Source: a virus (lineage: Duplodnaviria; Caudoviricetes). Taken from it: 56,476 nucleotides of DNA. Under the pieces are notes generated by a model. It searched no databases. It worked only from the letters and a program-made list of their open reading frames with translations, and had not been told where the DNA came from. Of the stretch, positions 37,471-46,609 are shown in pieces (within the stretch, counting starts at the first letter, position 1; every line of letters starts with the position of its first letter). The stretch lies in the IMG/VR virus record IMGVR_UViG_3300028802_000186, positions 1-56,476 of that record. The stretch is one strand, 5' to 3'. A program made the translations under genes and the position numbers.

Positions 37471-37896
37471 ATGCTCAACCCGGTTGTACTGCCGCTGCCC
37501 CTGGCCCTGGCCGTCGTCGCCGCCCTGGCCCTCGCCGCCTACGCCTACCGGCGCTGGCTGGAGGACACCCCGAACCCGTGGGCAGGCCAGCCGTGGGCCG
37601 AGAAGGCGCCCCGCCGCGCAAGAAGTTCACCGTCACCCGGCCGCCACCGCATGACCCGCGCTATCGCCGCCGACCCCAACCGCCGAGACTGGGCGGCCAT
37701 CGCCGCCGAACGGATCGACGAAGCCCACCGCCGCGCCTCCCTCGTCGTCGCCGACTGGCGTCAGCCCCTCACGGACTTCGAGCGCCGCGTCGGCGTGATC
37801 GAGATCGCCGGGCTGCCCGACCGGAGCCCGGTCGGGCCGGGCCCGCTGCACGTCGCCGGTGACATCGACACCCACGAACTGGCGACCATCGCATGA
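37471..37896 (+). CDS. Membrane-anchored hypothetical protein
   Basis: GAGGAGG RBS; N-terminal TM. Confidence 0.65.
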   Translation: MLNPVVLPLPLALAVVAALALAAYAYRRWLEDTPNPWAGQPWAEKAPRRARSSPSPGRHRMTRAIAADPNRRDWAAIAAERIDEAHRRASLVVADWRQPLTDFERRVGVIEIAGLPDRSPVGPGPLHVAGDIDTHELATIA

Positions 37897-38780
37897 AGGA
37901 CCCGACCGAGCACACGATCCGGACTGAGACTGTGCGCATCCCGCGCCTGCGCTACAGCTACGGCAGTTGCATGGCCCTCGGCGCCAGCATCCGCGACGAC
38001 GGCCTGCGCCGCCCGATCACCCTCTGGCAGGACGGCACGATCATCTCCGGCGGCAGGCGACTGTTCGCGCACCTGCTGATGGAGAAGCCACGCATTCAGG
38101 CCGTCTTCGTGCACACCATCGAGGACGCCGCCAAGCGCATGCTCGCCGACAACCAGGACGAGTACCTGTCGCTGCCGTGGAAGTGGTCCGAGGTGTGCCG
38201 TCTGTGGGAGCTGCTGCGCCGCCTCGACGCCCCCGCCGCTGTCAAGCGCAACGACGAATCCCGCCGCCGGGGTGTCCTGCTGCGCAAGCAGACGCAGGCC
38301 GGTAAGCGCAAGCCCGGCCGCTCACACAACCGCACCGACGACTACGCGCTGCACGTCATCTGCGAGCCGTTCGGCATCTCCTCGGCCACCGCCCGCCGCA
38401 TCGAGGTCATCTACCAGACCGGATACGGCACCCTGGACGCGTCGGACGAGAAGCGCGAACTGGCCCGCGAGATCATGCGCGACATCGACGAGAGTGGAAA
38501 CGTCTGGGGCAACTACCAGCGCTTCAACGGTGCCCGCACCGTCGTGACCCGGCCGCGTCCGATCGAGCCGATCGAACCCGCCACCGCCGCCCGCCAGGTC
38601 GCCGCATGGTCCAGGTCCCTGCCGCAGATGGAGGGGCTGACGGCCGGGCTCGTCGAGCTGGGACCGCCGAATGCCGAGCTGACCTGGGAGCAGGTCGGGC
38701 CGGTGCACGCCCGCCTCATGGCCGTACGCCGTGAGCTGGAAAAGATCATCAAGCAGATGAAAGAGAGCAGCCAGTCATGA
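37893..38780 (+). CDS. ParB-like N-terminal domain protein
   Basis: LGASIRDDGLRRPITL...IISGGRRL.A; HTH-like FGISSATARR. Confidence 0.75.
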   Translation: MKDPTEHTIRTETVRIPRLRYSYGSCMALGASIRDDGLRRPITLWQDGTIISGGRRLFAHLLMEKPRIQAVFVHTIEDAAKRMLADNQDEYLSLPWKWSEVCRLWELLRRLDAPAAVKRNDESRRRGVLLRKQTQAGKRKPGRSHNRTDDYALHVICEPFGISSATARRIEVIYQTGYGTLDASDEKRELAREIMRDIDESGNVWGNYQRFNGARTVVTRPRPIEPIEPATAARQVAAWSRSLPQMEGLTAGLVELGPPNAELTWEQVGPVHARLMAVRRELEKIIKQMKESSQS

Positions 38781-39562
38781 GCAACCCGAACGCCGCCCGC
38801 GTGTCGTACCGGATGGCCGAACGCAAGGTGGGAGACCTGTGGGTCGACCCCAACGTGCAGCGCAACCTGAAGAAGGCTCGCGTCACGAAGATGGCCGCCG
38901 ACTTCAGGCCGGACGCCATCGGGGTGCTGACCACCTCCTACCGCTCACCCAGGCGCATCCACGTCATCGACGGCCAGCACCGCTACCGCGCCGCCGAGGG
39001 CGCCAACTACACCGGCACCATCCAGACCATGGAATACCTGGGGCTGACCGTGCCGGAGGAGGCTGCGCTGTTCCGCCTGCTCAACACCACCGAGAAGGTC
39101 TCCCGCATCGACCAGTTCCTGATCTCCTGCGTCGAGCAGGATCCTGGCGCGATGCGCCTGGCCGGGTTCCTCGCCGACCACGGCTGGTCGGTCGGCGTCG
39201 GCGCCACCGAGGCCCGCCTGTCCGCCATCGCCAGCCTGGAGCGCGTCTACGCCCTCTCTCCCGAGGCCGCAGACGGCGTCCTCGCCGTGCTCACGGCGGC
39301 GTTCGGCCACCGTCCCGCCGCCGTGCAGGGCGCCCTGATCGAGGGCCTGGGCCGGATGCTCGCCCGCTACGGCCGCGATGTCGACCTGGACGATCTGGCG
39401 AAGCGGCTGGGCGGCATCCCCGGCGGTCCTGACGGTCTGGTCGGCAACGCCCGGGGCCAGTCGTTCACCCGCACCAGCAGCCTGTCCACGCAGGTCGCCC
39501 GGATCATCACCCAGCTCTACAACCAGCGCCGTCGCACCACCGGCGTGCCCGAGTGGTCGTGA
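38777..39562 (+). CDS. ParB/DGQHR-superfamily protein
   Basis: VDPNVQR...VIDGQHRYRAA...EEAALF..LN. Confidence 0.82.
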   Translation: MSNPNAARVSYRMAERKVGDLWVDPNVQRNLKKARVTKMAADFRPDAIGVLTTSYRSPRRIHVIDGQHRYRAAEGANYTGTIQTMEYLGLTVPEEAALFRLLNTTEKVSRIDQFLISCVEQDPGAMRLAGFLADHGWSVGVGATEARLSAIASLERVYALSPEAADGVLAVLTAAFGHRPAAVQGALIEGLGRMLARYGRDVDLDDLAKRLGGIPGGPDGLVGNARGQSFTRTSSLSTQVARIITQLYNQRRRTTGVPEWS

Positions 39563-39616
39563 CGACCCAGCTCGACATCGAGTGGCCGCCGTTCCCCGGA
39601 CCGGCGGCCACTCGCC

Positions 39617-40000
39617 GTGCCTAGACAATTCGGCAAGATCGACGGGTCCACGACGTGGGCGTGCGACAGGTGCCCACACAAGCACGAGCCCGGCTCCAGA
39701 TGTCCCCCGGCGGGCGTCTGGCTGGTCCGGGGAGGACCGGTCGGCCGCCTTGGCGTGGTGTGGCTGAAGCGGCTCATGCCCGACGGCCAGTGGCCCGTCA
39801 ATCAGCGACTGCCCCGCGACGACTCGTTCTCCTTGCTGGTGCGCTCGCACTGCGGCCACCAGGGCGGGGCTAGGCAGTGGGCGTTCTACGAGGAGCGGTA
39901 CGCCGACCTGTACGGCCACCTGTTCCGCAGCAATCCGTGCTGGTACACCCGCTGCCCCGACTTCATGATCCAAAACGATAAGAGGATGAGCCGTGGCTAA
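39617..40000 (+). CDS. Hypothetical protein
   Basis: 127-aa ORF in operon. Confidence 0.55.
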   Translation: MPRQFGKIDGSTTWACDRCPHKHEPGSRCPPAGVWLVRGGPVGRLGVVWLKRLMPDGQWPVNQRLPRDDSFSLLVRSHCGHQGGARQWAFYEERYADLYGHLFRSNPCWYTRCPDFMIQNDKRMSRG

Positions 40001-40388
40001 CTGGGCCTGGCCTCACACCCCCGCAAGCTACTACGCCCGCATCGTGCTGACCGGCGGCCCGTTCGACGGCCAGGAGGTCGCCTTCCTACCGCCCGACCTG
40101 GCCGCCCCCGTCCAAATCGTCTGGTCCGGCTGGTTCCCGTGGGGCTTCAGCGCCTACCTGTACGAGTGGCACGGCGAGACGTCCACCGACCGGGGTCGCA
40201 CCGACGCCCTGATCTACCGCCCCCCCCTCGGCCAGGACGAACACCTGCGCGTCCACCGGGGCCGTCGCCTCGGCCCCGAGGAGATCCCCTCGCTGATCGC
40301 TGAGGACGCCGAAGTGTGGGCCGACGGCGCGGCGATGATCGTCTCCGCGTTCGACGTCCCCGCCGAGCTGATATGGCCCGGCCTGTGA
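39993..40388 (+). CDS. Hypothetical protein
   Basis: LTGGPFDG motif; GAGGA RBS. Confidence 0.6.
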   Translation: MANWAWPHTPASYYARIVLTGGPFDGQEVAFLPPDLAAPVQIVWSGWFPWGFSAYLYEWHGETSTDRGRTDALIYRPPLGQDEHLRVHRGRRLGPEEIPSLIAEDAEVWADGAAMIVSAFDVPAELIWPGL

Positions 40389-40428
40389 AGGCTTTACCAT
40401 TCCGCAGTACCCAACCAAGGAGGAGCAC

Positions 40429-41223
40429 ATGAAGGCTCGCATCCAGGCGGCACTCGCCGCCCTGGTCCTCGCCACGGCCGTGATCGTCGGGGGCTTCGCC
40501 GCCCCCGCGCACGCGGCCCTGACCTACTTCTACGCCGGTGGTCGCCAGACCTACACGACCACTGGCGCCGGGGCCAACTTCGGCATCGGCATCCCCGCGA
40601 TCACGAGCGGCGACTTCCACTCGCTGTTTGAAATCTCGGTCTCCACGACTGACCAGAACCAGGCTGTCGAGGCTGGCTGGACCGTCGACCCGGGCACCTA
40701 CGGCGACAGCCACCCGCACCTGCTCGTCAGCAAGTGGGTCAACGGGGCCTTCGGCGGCTACAACGACGCCAGTTGGAACGACTGGGCGGCCAACGGCCTC
40801 GACCGGGGCGCTGACCTCAGCGCCTACGTCGGCGGCGCCGAGAAGTCGATCACCATTCAGTACCAGGGCACCGGCACGACCGGCTGGTGGGTGTTCTTCG
40901 ACGGCAGCCCGGTCGGCTGGTTCTCCAGCGGCCTCTGGACGTCCCCGACGTTCACGCAGAGCGGTAAGGTCCAGCTGTTCGGCGAGGTGGCGGCCAACGT
41001 GGCGGCGCCCTGCACGAACATGGGCAACAGCATCTACCCGAACGGCCTGACCTACCCAGCCGCCGGTGCACCGCTGCGCATCTCGAACACGACCTACGCC
41101 GACGGCACCACGAACGTCAATCTGACCCTGTTCCGGACCAACTCCGCGTACTACGAGACGGCCTTCCAGCCGTCGACCAGCGTGCGGAGCATGGCCATCG
41201 GCGGCACCGGCAACGCCTGCTAA
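40429..41223 (+). CDS. Secreted neprosin-family glutamic peptidase
   Basis: Signal peptide (..PAHA-A); VEAGW..DP..YGD..PHL, WW...VGWF...LW, FGEVA and MGNS motifs. Confidence 0.8.
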   Translation: MKARIQAALAALVLATAVIVGGFAAPAHAALTYFYAGGRQTYTTTGAGANFGIGIPAITSGDFHSLFEISVSTTDQNQAVEAGWTVDPGTYGDSHPHLLVSKWVNGAFGGYNDASWNDWAANGLDRGADLSAYVGGAEKSITIQYQGTGTTGWWVFFDGSPVGWFSSGLWTSPTFTQSGKVQLFGEVAANVAAPCTNMGNSIYPNGLTYPAAGAPLRISNTTYADGTTNVNLTLFRTNSAYYETAFQPSTSVRSMAIGGTGNAC

Positions 41224-41305
41224 GGGGGCGACTCGGCGCCCGCTCGCGCGCTGTGCAAAGGCGCGGGAGCGGGCGCCGGTAGGCTGGCTCCCGTAGGAGG
41301 AGCCC

Positions 41306-42034
41306 ATGCCACGCCAGAAGCGCAGCAACGACCACAGCCGTTCGCCCGAGGTGCTCGACGCCCTGGAGCGCCGCAAGATCGAAATCGATCCGCTGCTTGA
41401 CGCCTGGGCGCAGCAGCCCGGAGAGACGCCACGCAACTACGGCCTCTTCCTGATGTACCGGGACTATGGCCGGATCCGCACCGTCGCGCAGATCGCCACC
41501 ATGTCCCCGATCAGCTTCGCGGCCACCGCCCGGGTCGCCCGCTACAACCTCTGGGTAGAGCGCGCCGGACGGTGGGACGCCGAGCAGGACCGTATCGCCG
41601 GTATCCGACTCCAGGACGCCCGCGAGGAGATGGCCCGCACTCACTCCAAGGCCGCCCGCGCCCTGATGAAGAAGGCCCTGGAGCGGCTGGAAACCCTCGA
41701 CGTCGACTCGATCAGCCCCCACGCCCTGGTGCTGATGCTCGACACCGCCGCCCGCATCGAACGCGCCGCGCTGGGTCTCGAAGTGCTCAACAAGGGTGCC
41801 AGCTCGCAGACCTCCGTCACCGTGGCCGCCACCGCCAAGACCGACGCCGCCGGTAAGTCGGAGGTGCGTGTGGAGGTCGGCGTGCAGCACGACAACATCA
41901 TGAAGACCCTGGACGCGATGGTGCAGCGCATGAGCCCTGAGCAGATCGCCGCCGGATATCAGGAGCTGACCGCGAGCGCGGAGGAGGCGACTCGCGAGCT
42001 GGACGCCGCCCTTCCTGCACCTCCTCCGCAGTGA
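41306..42034 (+). CDS. Terminase small subunit-like protein
   Basis: W.QQPGET...F..YRD.G..RT...WVERA..WD; precedes large subunit. Confidence 0.7.
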   Translation: MPRQKRSNDHSRSPEVLDALERRKIEIDPLLDAWAQQPGETPRNYGLFLMYRDYGRIRTVAQIATMSPISFAATARVARYNLWVERAGRWDAEQDRIAGIRLQDAREEMARTHSKAARALMKKALERLETLDVDSISPHALVLMLDTAARIERAALGLEVLNKGASSQTSVTVAATAKTDAAGKSEVRVEVGVQHDNIMKTLDAMVQRMSPEQIAAGYQELTASAEEATRELDAALPAPPPQ

Positions 42035-42197
42035 GGGCTGGCGCGGCCGGAGGTCGCCCTGCCGGGCGGATGGGCGGCCTCCGGGCACCGCGCATGTACG
42101 ACCCGTGCATGTCGTGCGGGGAGGACCGGCACGGTCCGGCACCCGAACGGTGTCTTCAACCGGCAGGTCATGCACCATCCCCGCGTAGTTTTCGATC

Positions 42198-43655
42198 ATG
42201 AGCCTGTCTGCCGCGCAGAAGCTGGCCCTGCTCCCGGCCGCGCTGCGTCGTCGCTGGCTACAGGGCCAGACCCGCGAAACGCTGGAGGACATCCAGAAGG
42301 GCGCCTGGTGGTGGCTCGGCCGCCCGGAGCAGTTCCGCCCTCCCGGCGACTGGCTTGTCTGGCTGATCCGCTCCGGCCGTGGCTGGGGCAAGACCCGCAC
42401 CGGCGCCGAAGACCTCCTCGACCGCCTGTTCCGCCACCCCGTGGACGCCTTCGGCCAGCGCACCGAATGGCTGGTCGTCGCCGAGACCCTCAACGACTGC
42501 CGCACGGCGTGCATCGAGGGCAACTCGGGCCTGCTGACCGTGCTGCGCCGTATGGGCATGGAGAATCACCGGGACTTCGAATACCGCAAGAGCCCCAAGC
42601 TGATGATCGAGTTCCGGTCTGGCCAGATCATCTACTTCGAGGGCGCCGACAACGACGACGTCGGCCGTGGCTACAACGCCGCCGGGGCCTGGCTCGACGA
42701 GCTGGCCAAGTGGCGTTACACCTGGGGCGCCTGGTTCGAGGGCATCCTCCCGTCGATGCGCGCCCCGCTGATCGACGACCGTCCCCGCGTGGTGGTCACC
42801 ACCACCCCGAAGCCGATCAAGCTGCTGATCAAGTGGCAGCACGAGACCGACGGCACCGTCGTCATCACCACCGGCTCAATCTTCGACAACATCGCCAACC
42901 TCTCCCGCGAGGTCGTCGAAGAGCTCAAGAAGATCTACGAGGGCACCCGGGCCGGACTCCAGGAGCTGTACGGCCACCTCCTGGAGGACATCGAGGGCGC
43001 CTTGTGGAACCGGGCCATGATCGAAAACAATCGCATAAAGCCCGCCGAGCTGCCTGAACTGAAGACCGTCGTCATCTCCATGGACCCCGGCGCCACCGGC
43101 GCAGGCGACGAAACCGGCCTGCTCGCCGCCGGACGCGGCTACAACGGCGACGACTACGTGCTAGCCGACTGGACCAAGAAGATCGTCGGCCACGCCGCCG
43201 CCCGCCGCGCCTGGGAGATGTTCCTCCGCTACGACGCCACCTGGCTGATCATCGAAACGAACATGGGCAAAAAATGGCTCATGCAGGTCGTCACCGACGC
43301 CTACGCCGAGATGCAGAAGGAGCACGCCCCCGGCTGTACTGACGAGGACTGCAAGGGCTGCCTGTTCCCGCCCGGACCCCCGCCGGTCAAGGAGGTCACC
43401 TCCCTCGCGGGCAAGAAGCTGCGCGCCGAACCGGTCGCCTCCCGCTACGAGCAGAACCGCTGGCACCACGTCGGCACCTTCATCGAGCTGGAGGACCAGT
43501 GCTGCACGTGGGTGCCCGAAGATGCCAAGTCCCCCGACCGCATCGACGCCCTCGTGCAGGCCGGACTGTTCCTCATGGGCAAGGAGAAGGGGCTCGTGCG
43601 TGTCGCCGCCCCCTCGGCCGACGCGTACATGCCGGTCAGCTCCCCGTACGGCTAG
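42198..43655 (+). CDS. terL: Terminase large subunit
   Basis: SGRGWGKT Walker A, WLDE Walker B, TTTPK, SMDP nuclease, SPDRIDA. Confidence 0.95.
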   Translation: MSLSAAQKLALLPAALRRRWLQGQTRETLEDIQKGAWWWLGRPEQFRPPGDWLVWLIRSGRGWGKTRTGAEDLLDRLFRHPVDAFGQRTEWLVVAETLNDCRTACIEGNSGLLTVLRRMGMENHRDFEYRKSPKLMIEFRSGQIIYFEGADNDDVGRGYNAAGAWLDELAKWRYTWGAWFEGILPSMRAPLIDDRPRVVVTTTPKPIKLLIKWQHETDGTVVITTGSIFDNIANLSREVVEELKKIYEGTRAGLQELYGHLLEDIEGALWNRAMIENNRIKPAELPELKTVVISMDPGATGAGDETGLLAAGRGYNGDDYVLADWTKKIVGHAAARRAWEMFLRYDATWLIIETNMGKKWLMQVVTDAYAEMQKEHAPGCTDEDCKGCLFPPGPPPVKEVTSLAGKKLRAEPVASRYEQNRWHHVGTFIELEDQCCTWVPEDAKSPDRIDALVQAGLFLMGKEKGLVRVAAPSADAYMPVSSPYG

Positions 43656-43665
43656 GATGGACACC

Positions 43666-44060
43666 ATGAGGCAGCACGCTCTACAGGGCGGGTCTTGCTA
43701 AGCCGGGAGAATCGACCCCGCCCTGAACCCGCACTCGTACCGGCAATCCCTGCAACCCCGGATAGACTGCCCGGCGGAGATGATCCAGCGCGGCCCCTGG
43801 CCTAGCGGATCGGCAACCGGGATGAAGCGCGGCAGTGCCGCGACACTCAAGACGCCCCGACTACCCCGTGAGGGGCTCGGGGCGTTCCCATGTCCGGGTA
43901 AGGGGAAAGGCCCGGCCCCACGGGGGGAGGACCGGGCCTTTCCGTCTATGCGACGGTGGAACGTGATAGCCCCTCCGGTGGCATCGGAAGGGCTATCGTT
44001 TGCCATGCGCTTGCCCGGAAGAGCGATCAGACCCTCAGGCGTTTGCGCAGGTCGGTCGAC
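43666..44060 (+). ncRNA. Candidate structured non-coding RNA downstream of terL
   Basis: TAGGAT -10-like at 43653; four strong hairpins (43684-43725, 43852-43885, 43904-43943, 43965-43997); no credible ORF. Confidence 0.4.
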
Positions 44061-44082
44061 TAGAGGGGCTCCAGGGCCGATG

Positions 44083-44355
44083 CTACCGCCGTCTCCGCGA
44101 GCGCCGCAAACGTGCCAGCCGCTTCGCCCGCACGTCCTTCAGTCGGGCGATCAGCTCGGACACGGCGGCGCCGTCCAGCACGCTGAAGGTGCGGATGGTG
44201 GCGGTGCGCTCCGCGTAGGGCAGCTCGGTGCGGCAGAGGTCCATGGCGAAACGGATCTGCTCCCGGCTCGGCGGTGCCGGTGGCCGCCGCCACGGGTTGA
44301 CCGTCGGCAGCTCGAACGCTTCCTTCTCCTGTACCTGCGTGCCCATCTCGCCCAC
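44083..44355 (-). CDS. Hypothetical protein
   Basis: PSREQIRFA.DL...VSELIARL; GGAGGAGG upstream. Confidence 0.65.
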   Translation of the reverse strand: MGEMGTQVQEKEAFELPTVNPWRRPPAPPSREQIRFAMDLCRTELPYAERTATIRTFSVLDGAAVSELIARLKDVRAKRLARLRRSRRRR

Positions 44356-44449
44356 CTCCGTCGGGTTCCTCCTCCTTCACCTTCCAGGGTCCCCGATGAC
44401 CGGCGTATGTCAAGCGTGAATCTACGCACTCCCAATCGTCTATCCGGGG

Positions 44450-44478
44450 TTGACAGGCGCTCCACCTCGGACTAACGT
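44450..44478 (+). promoter_or_regulatory. Strong sigma-70-type promoter for the small-gene/tRNA-like operon
   Basis: TTGACA-N17-TAACGT; a second TTGACA on minus strand at 44408-44413. Confidence 0.78.
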
Positions 44479-44513
44479 GGAACACGACAGACCGACCAGG
44501 GAGGATGTGCCAA

Positions 44514-44717
44514 ATGGCGACTTGGACCGCAGGTCAGATCGGAAAAAGCGGCGGGGCCTACTCGGGTAGCAAGGTGTCGTTCAGCCTCGGTGGCGAAACC
44601 ATCGAGGGAACTCTCACCCGCTCCGACCACACCACGGACGGCAGTGACCACGCCTACCTCACGGTTGACGGCGTGTGGCGCTCCGTTCCTGCCGCCGTCC
44701 CGGTCGAGGTGTCCTGA
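44514..44717 (+). CDS. Hypothetical protein (SH3-like)
   Basis: GGAGG RBS; beta-rich 67 aa (alternative start 44505). Confidence 0.6.
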   Translation: MATWTAGQIGKSGGAYSGSKVSFSLGGETIEGTLTRSDHTTDGSDHAYLTVDGVWRSVPAAVPVEVS

Positions 44718-45070
44718 TGGACGCAGGGATCGCCGACACGCTCAACCGCCACGCCGTGCAGCTGATGGTCGGCCAGCTCGACCGCGTCGACATCGACCTG
44801 TGCGCCACCGAGGAAGGCCCGTGGTATCGCGTCAGCCTCGCCGACACGCTCATGGGCACCAACGACGCGACCAACGCCGACCGCGCCTGGCTCGTCGGCA
44901 TCATCGCCCACGCGACCCCCGGCCTCGACTTCGACGGGCACCCGGCCGACTGCGACTGGGACAACCTGTTCAGCCACTTCCGGGCCGAGATCCTGGCCCG
45001 GCGTGACCCGCAATCCCATCCTGCGCGCGCGGCAGAGATCCCCGCGCGGGATGGTGTAGGGTCACGGTAG
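44717..45070 (+). CDS. Hypothetical protein
   Basis: TGATG overlap. Confidence 0.6.
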   Translation: MDAGIADTLNRHAVQLMVGQLDRVDIDLCATEEGPWYRVSLADTLMGTNDATNADRAWLVGIIAHATPGLDFDGHPADCDWDNLFSHFRAEILARRDPQSHPARAAEIPARDGVGSR

Positions 45071-45072
45071 AC

Positions 45073-45169
45073 GGAGGGGACCGGGGCAGGCCCCACGCCT
45101 CCTTCGGTCTGTCAACCCGAGCGGGTGGCCCCCCGCCCGCTCGGGAGGTCGGGCCACCCGGTCCCCTCC
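45073..45169 (+). other. Nested stem-loop element
   Basis: GGAGGGGACCGG / CCGGTCCCCTCC enclosing CCCGAGCGGG / CCCGCTCGGG. Confidence 0.6.
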
Positions 45170-45204
45170 CCCGCCCGAGTTATGCACAGCCTGAGGAGAA
45201 ACCT

Positions 45205-45405
45205 GTGGATCTGGTCCTGCACCGCGTCGACGGCCGTAACCGTCTCAACCTGGACGGTGTCGTCGCGCCTGGCGTGGAGTTCTACACCGCCGAGGTGGAA
45301 GAGACGGACGACGACCACATCCCGACCGGACGCATCATCCTGTCGCCGGTGAAGGTCGCCACGACCGCAGTCAAGCGCACCGCCGAGGCCGAGCCCGACG
45401 CCTAA
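45205..45405 (+). CDS. AbrB/MazE-like swapped-hairpin protein
   Basis: VDGRNRLNL...GRIILSPV; GAGGAG RBS. Confidence 0.55.
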   Translation: MDLVLHRVDGRNRLNLDGVVAPGVEFYTAEVEETDDDHIPTGRIILSPVKVATTAVKRTAEAEPDA

Positions 45406-45425
45406 ACCCCAGAAGGGGAGAGAAC

Positions 45426-45620
45426 GTGAAACGCCTGTTCGGCAAGATTACGAACCGCATCATCGGAGGAGAAATCCCCCACGACGCCGTGTTCCCCGCC
45501 AAGCGCCCCGGCGCCGCGCCGCCCACCTCCGCAGCCATCAGGGCTGCCGAAGGCCACGGGCTCGGCCGGGGAGCCACCCGCAAGCGCTCCGGCCCCGGCG
45601 CCCGCGCATCGGAAGACTGA
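45426..45620 (+). CDS. Small basic hypothetical protein
   Basis: GGGGAG RBS; 64 aa. Confidence 0.55.
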   Translation: MKRLFGKITNRIIGGEIPHDAVFPAKRPGAAPPTSAAIRAAEGHGLGRGATRKRSGPGARASED

Positions 45621-45672
45621 AAGCCCTCCCTGGCTCTGACCGGCGGCCAGGGGTGATTCACCGGCCGGTCAC

Positions 45673-45775
45673 GGGGAGATAGCTCAACAGGCAGAGCGAT
45701 CCCGCTTCCGCAGCGGAGGGTTACGACTCGCGCGCGGTAGGGATATAGATGCAGGTTCAAGTCCTGCTCTCCCCT
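45673..45775 (+). ncRNA. tRNA-like element 1 (36-nt insert in anticodon loop)
   Basis: Acceptor GGGGAGA/TCTCCCC; D GCTC/GAGC; ATCCC/GGGAT enclosing 36 nt; T GCAGG-TTCAAGT-CCTGC. Confidence 0.8.
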
Positions 45776-45943
45776 CGACCGAAAGTGCTTCGTGGACGGC
45801 CTGATATGGCCGTGACGTCCACCAGAGGTCGCGCATGAGGAGGGCCCGCTCTCCACCGCCGGGCCAGATGCACCCGGCAGGTAACAGGAACGGCAGGGCA
45901 ACGCCTAGCGGGTCGACACGCGAAGCGGAAGAGCGCCGTACCC

Positions 45944-46013
45944 GCCACGTAGCTCAGATGGCCAGAGCTGGGGCCCTAAGCCCTGAGTCGGAGGTTCGAA
46001 TCCTCCCGTGGCA
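45944..46013 (+). ncRNA. tRNA-like element 2 (5-nt loop CCUAA)
   Basis: Acceptor GCCACG/CGTGGC (6 bp); D GCTC/GAGC; GGGGC/GCCCT; T GGAGG-TTCGAAT-CCTCC. Confidence 0.82.
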
Positions 46014-46334
46014 CGGAAGACGCACCGGGGCACCGGGTGCGACACCCCACGCAACACCCACAGGTGCAAGCGCTGGACGACGCCCCCACGCCTCGGGGGA
46101 TGAGGCCCAGTTCGGCGCGACGGCCGCTAGATGACCCGGGACATACTCCGGGCGGCCGGGATCGGGCAGCGTCCCGCAAGGGGTACGGCCGTACGGCTGC
46201 TGGGCTTCAATGCCACCGATCCGCGCGAAGGAACGACGAGGACGACCTGTCCCGCAAGGCCCTTGGCCCCCTGCATGGACCTGTCGACTGCTCACCTCGC
46301 CGCTAACCGACGCCCTCGCCCTGAGCAAGCGAGG

Positions 46335-46408
46335 GACGCTGTAGCTCACCCTGGATAGAGCGTCCGCCTCACGGCGGGAGGATGGCGGTTCGAATCCGTC
46401 CAGCGTCA
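46335..46408 (+). ncRNA. tRNA-like element 3 (6-nt loop CUCACG)
   Basis: Acceptor GACGCTG/CAGCGTC; TCCGC/GCGGG; T GGCGG-TTCGAAT-CCGTC. Confidence 0.82.
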
Positions 46409-46609
46409 CGGAGGCAGCCATGCCTAGCCGACATGCCCGCCGGGGCTCAGCCCAAGCGAAAAATGGCACCCGCCCCAGCCCGGGAGACGAACCCTGGCAC
46501 ACGGACGGGAGCACGAGGTAACAGGAAAGGCCAGCACGGGCCCGCCTCCTGAGGCATCAGGACATAGGTGAGCCGCCGTATGGGTGGATACCCGGACTGG
46601 CCAAGTACC

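Noticed and set aside
42031-42201. 56-aa ORF between the terminase subunits
   Set aside because: No clear RBS or family motif, and it overlaps a strong hairpin; insufficient support.
46529-46606. HDV-like/theta ribozyme: GGCCAGCACGGGCCCGCCTCCTGAGGC resembles the 5' end of the HDV ribozyme and lies among tRNA-like genes
   Set aside because: The P1 3' strand does not follow P3, and there is no GG for P1.1 and no downstream P2 partner. It also lies 5' rather than 3' of the nearest cloverleaf.
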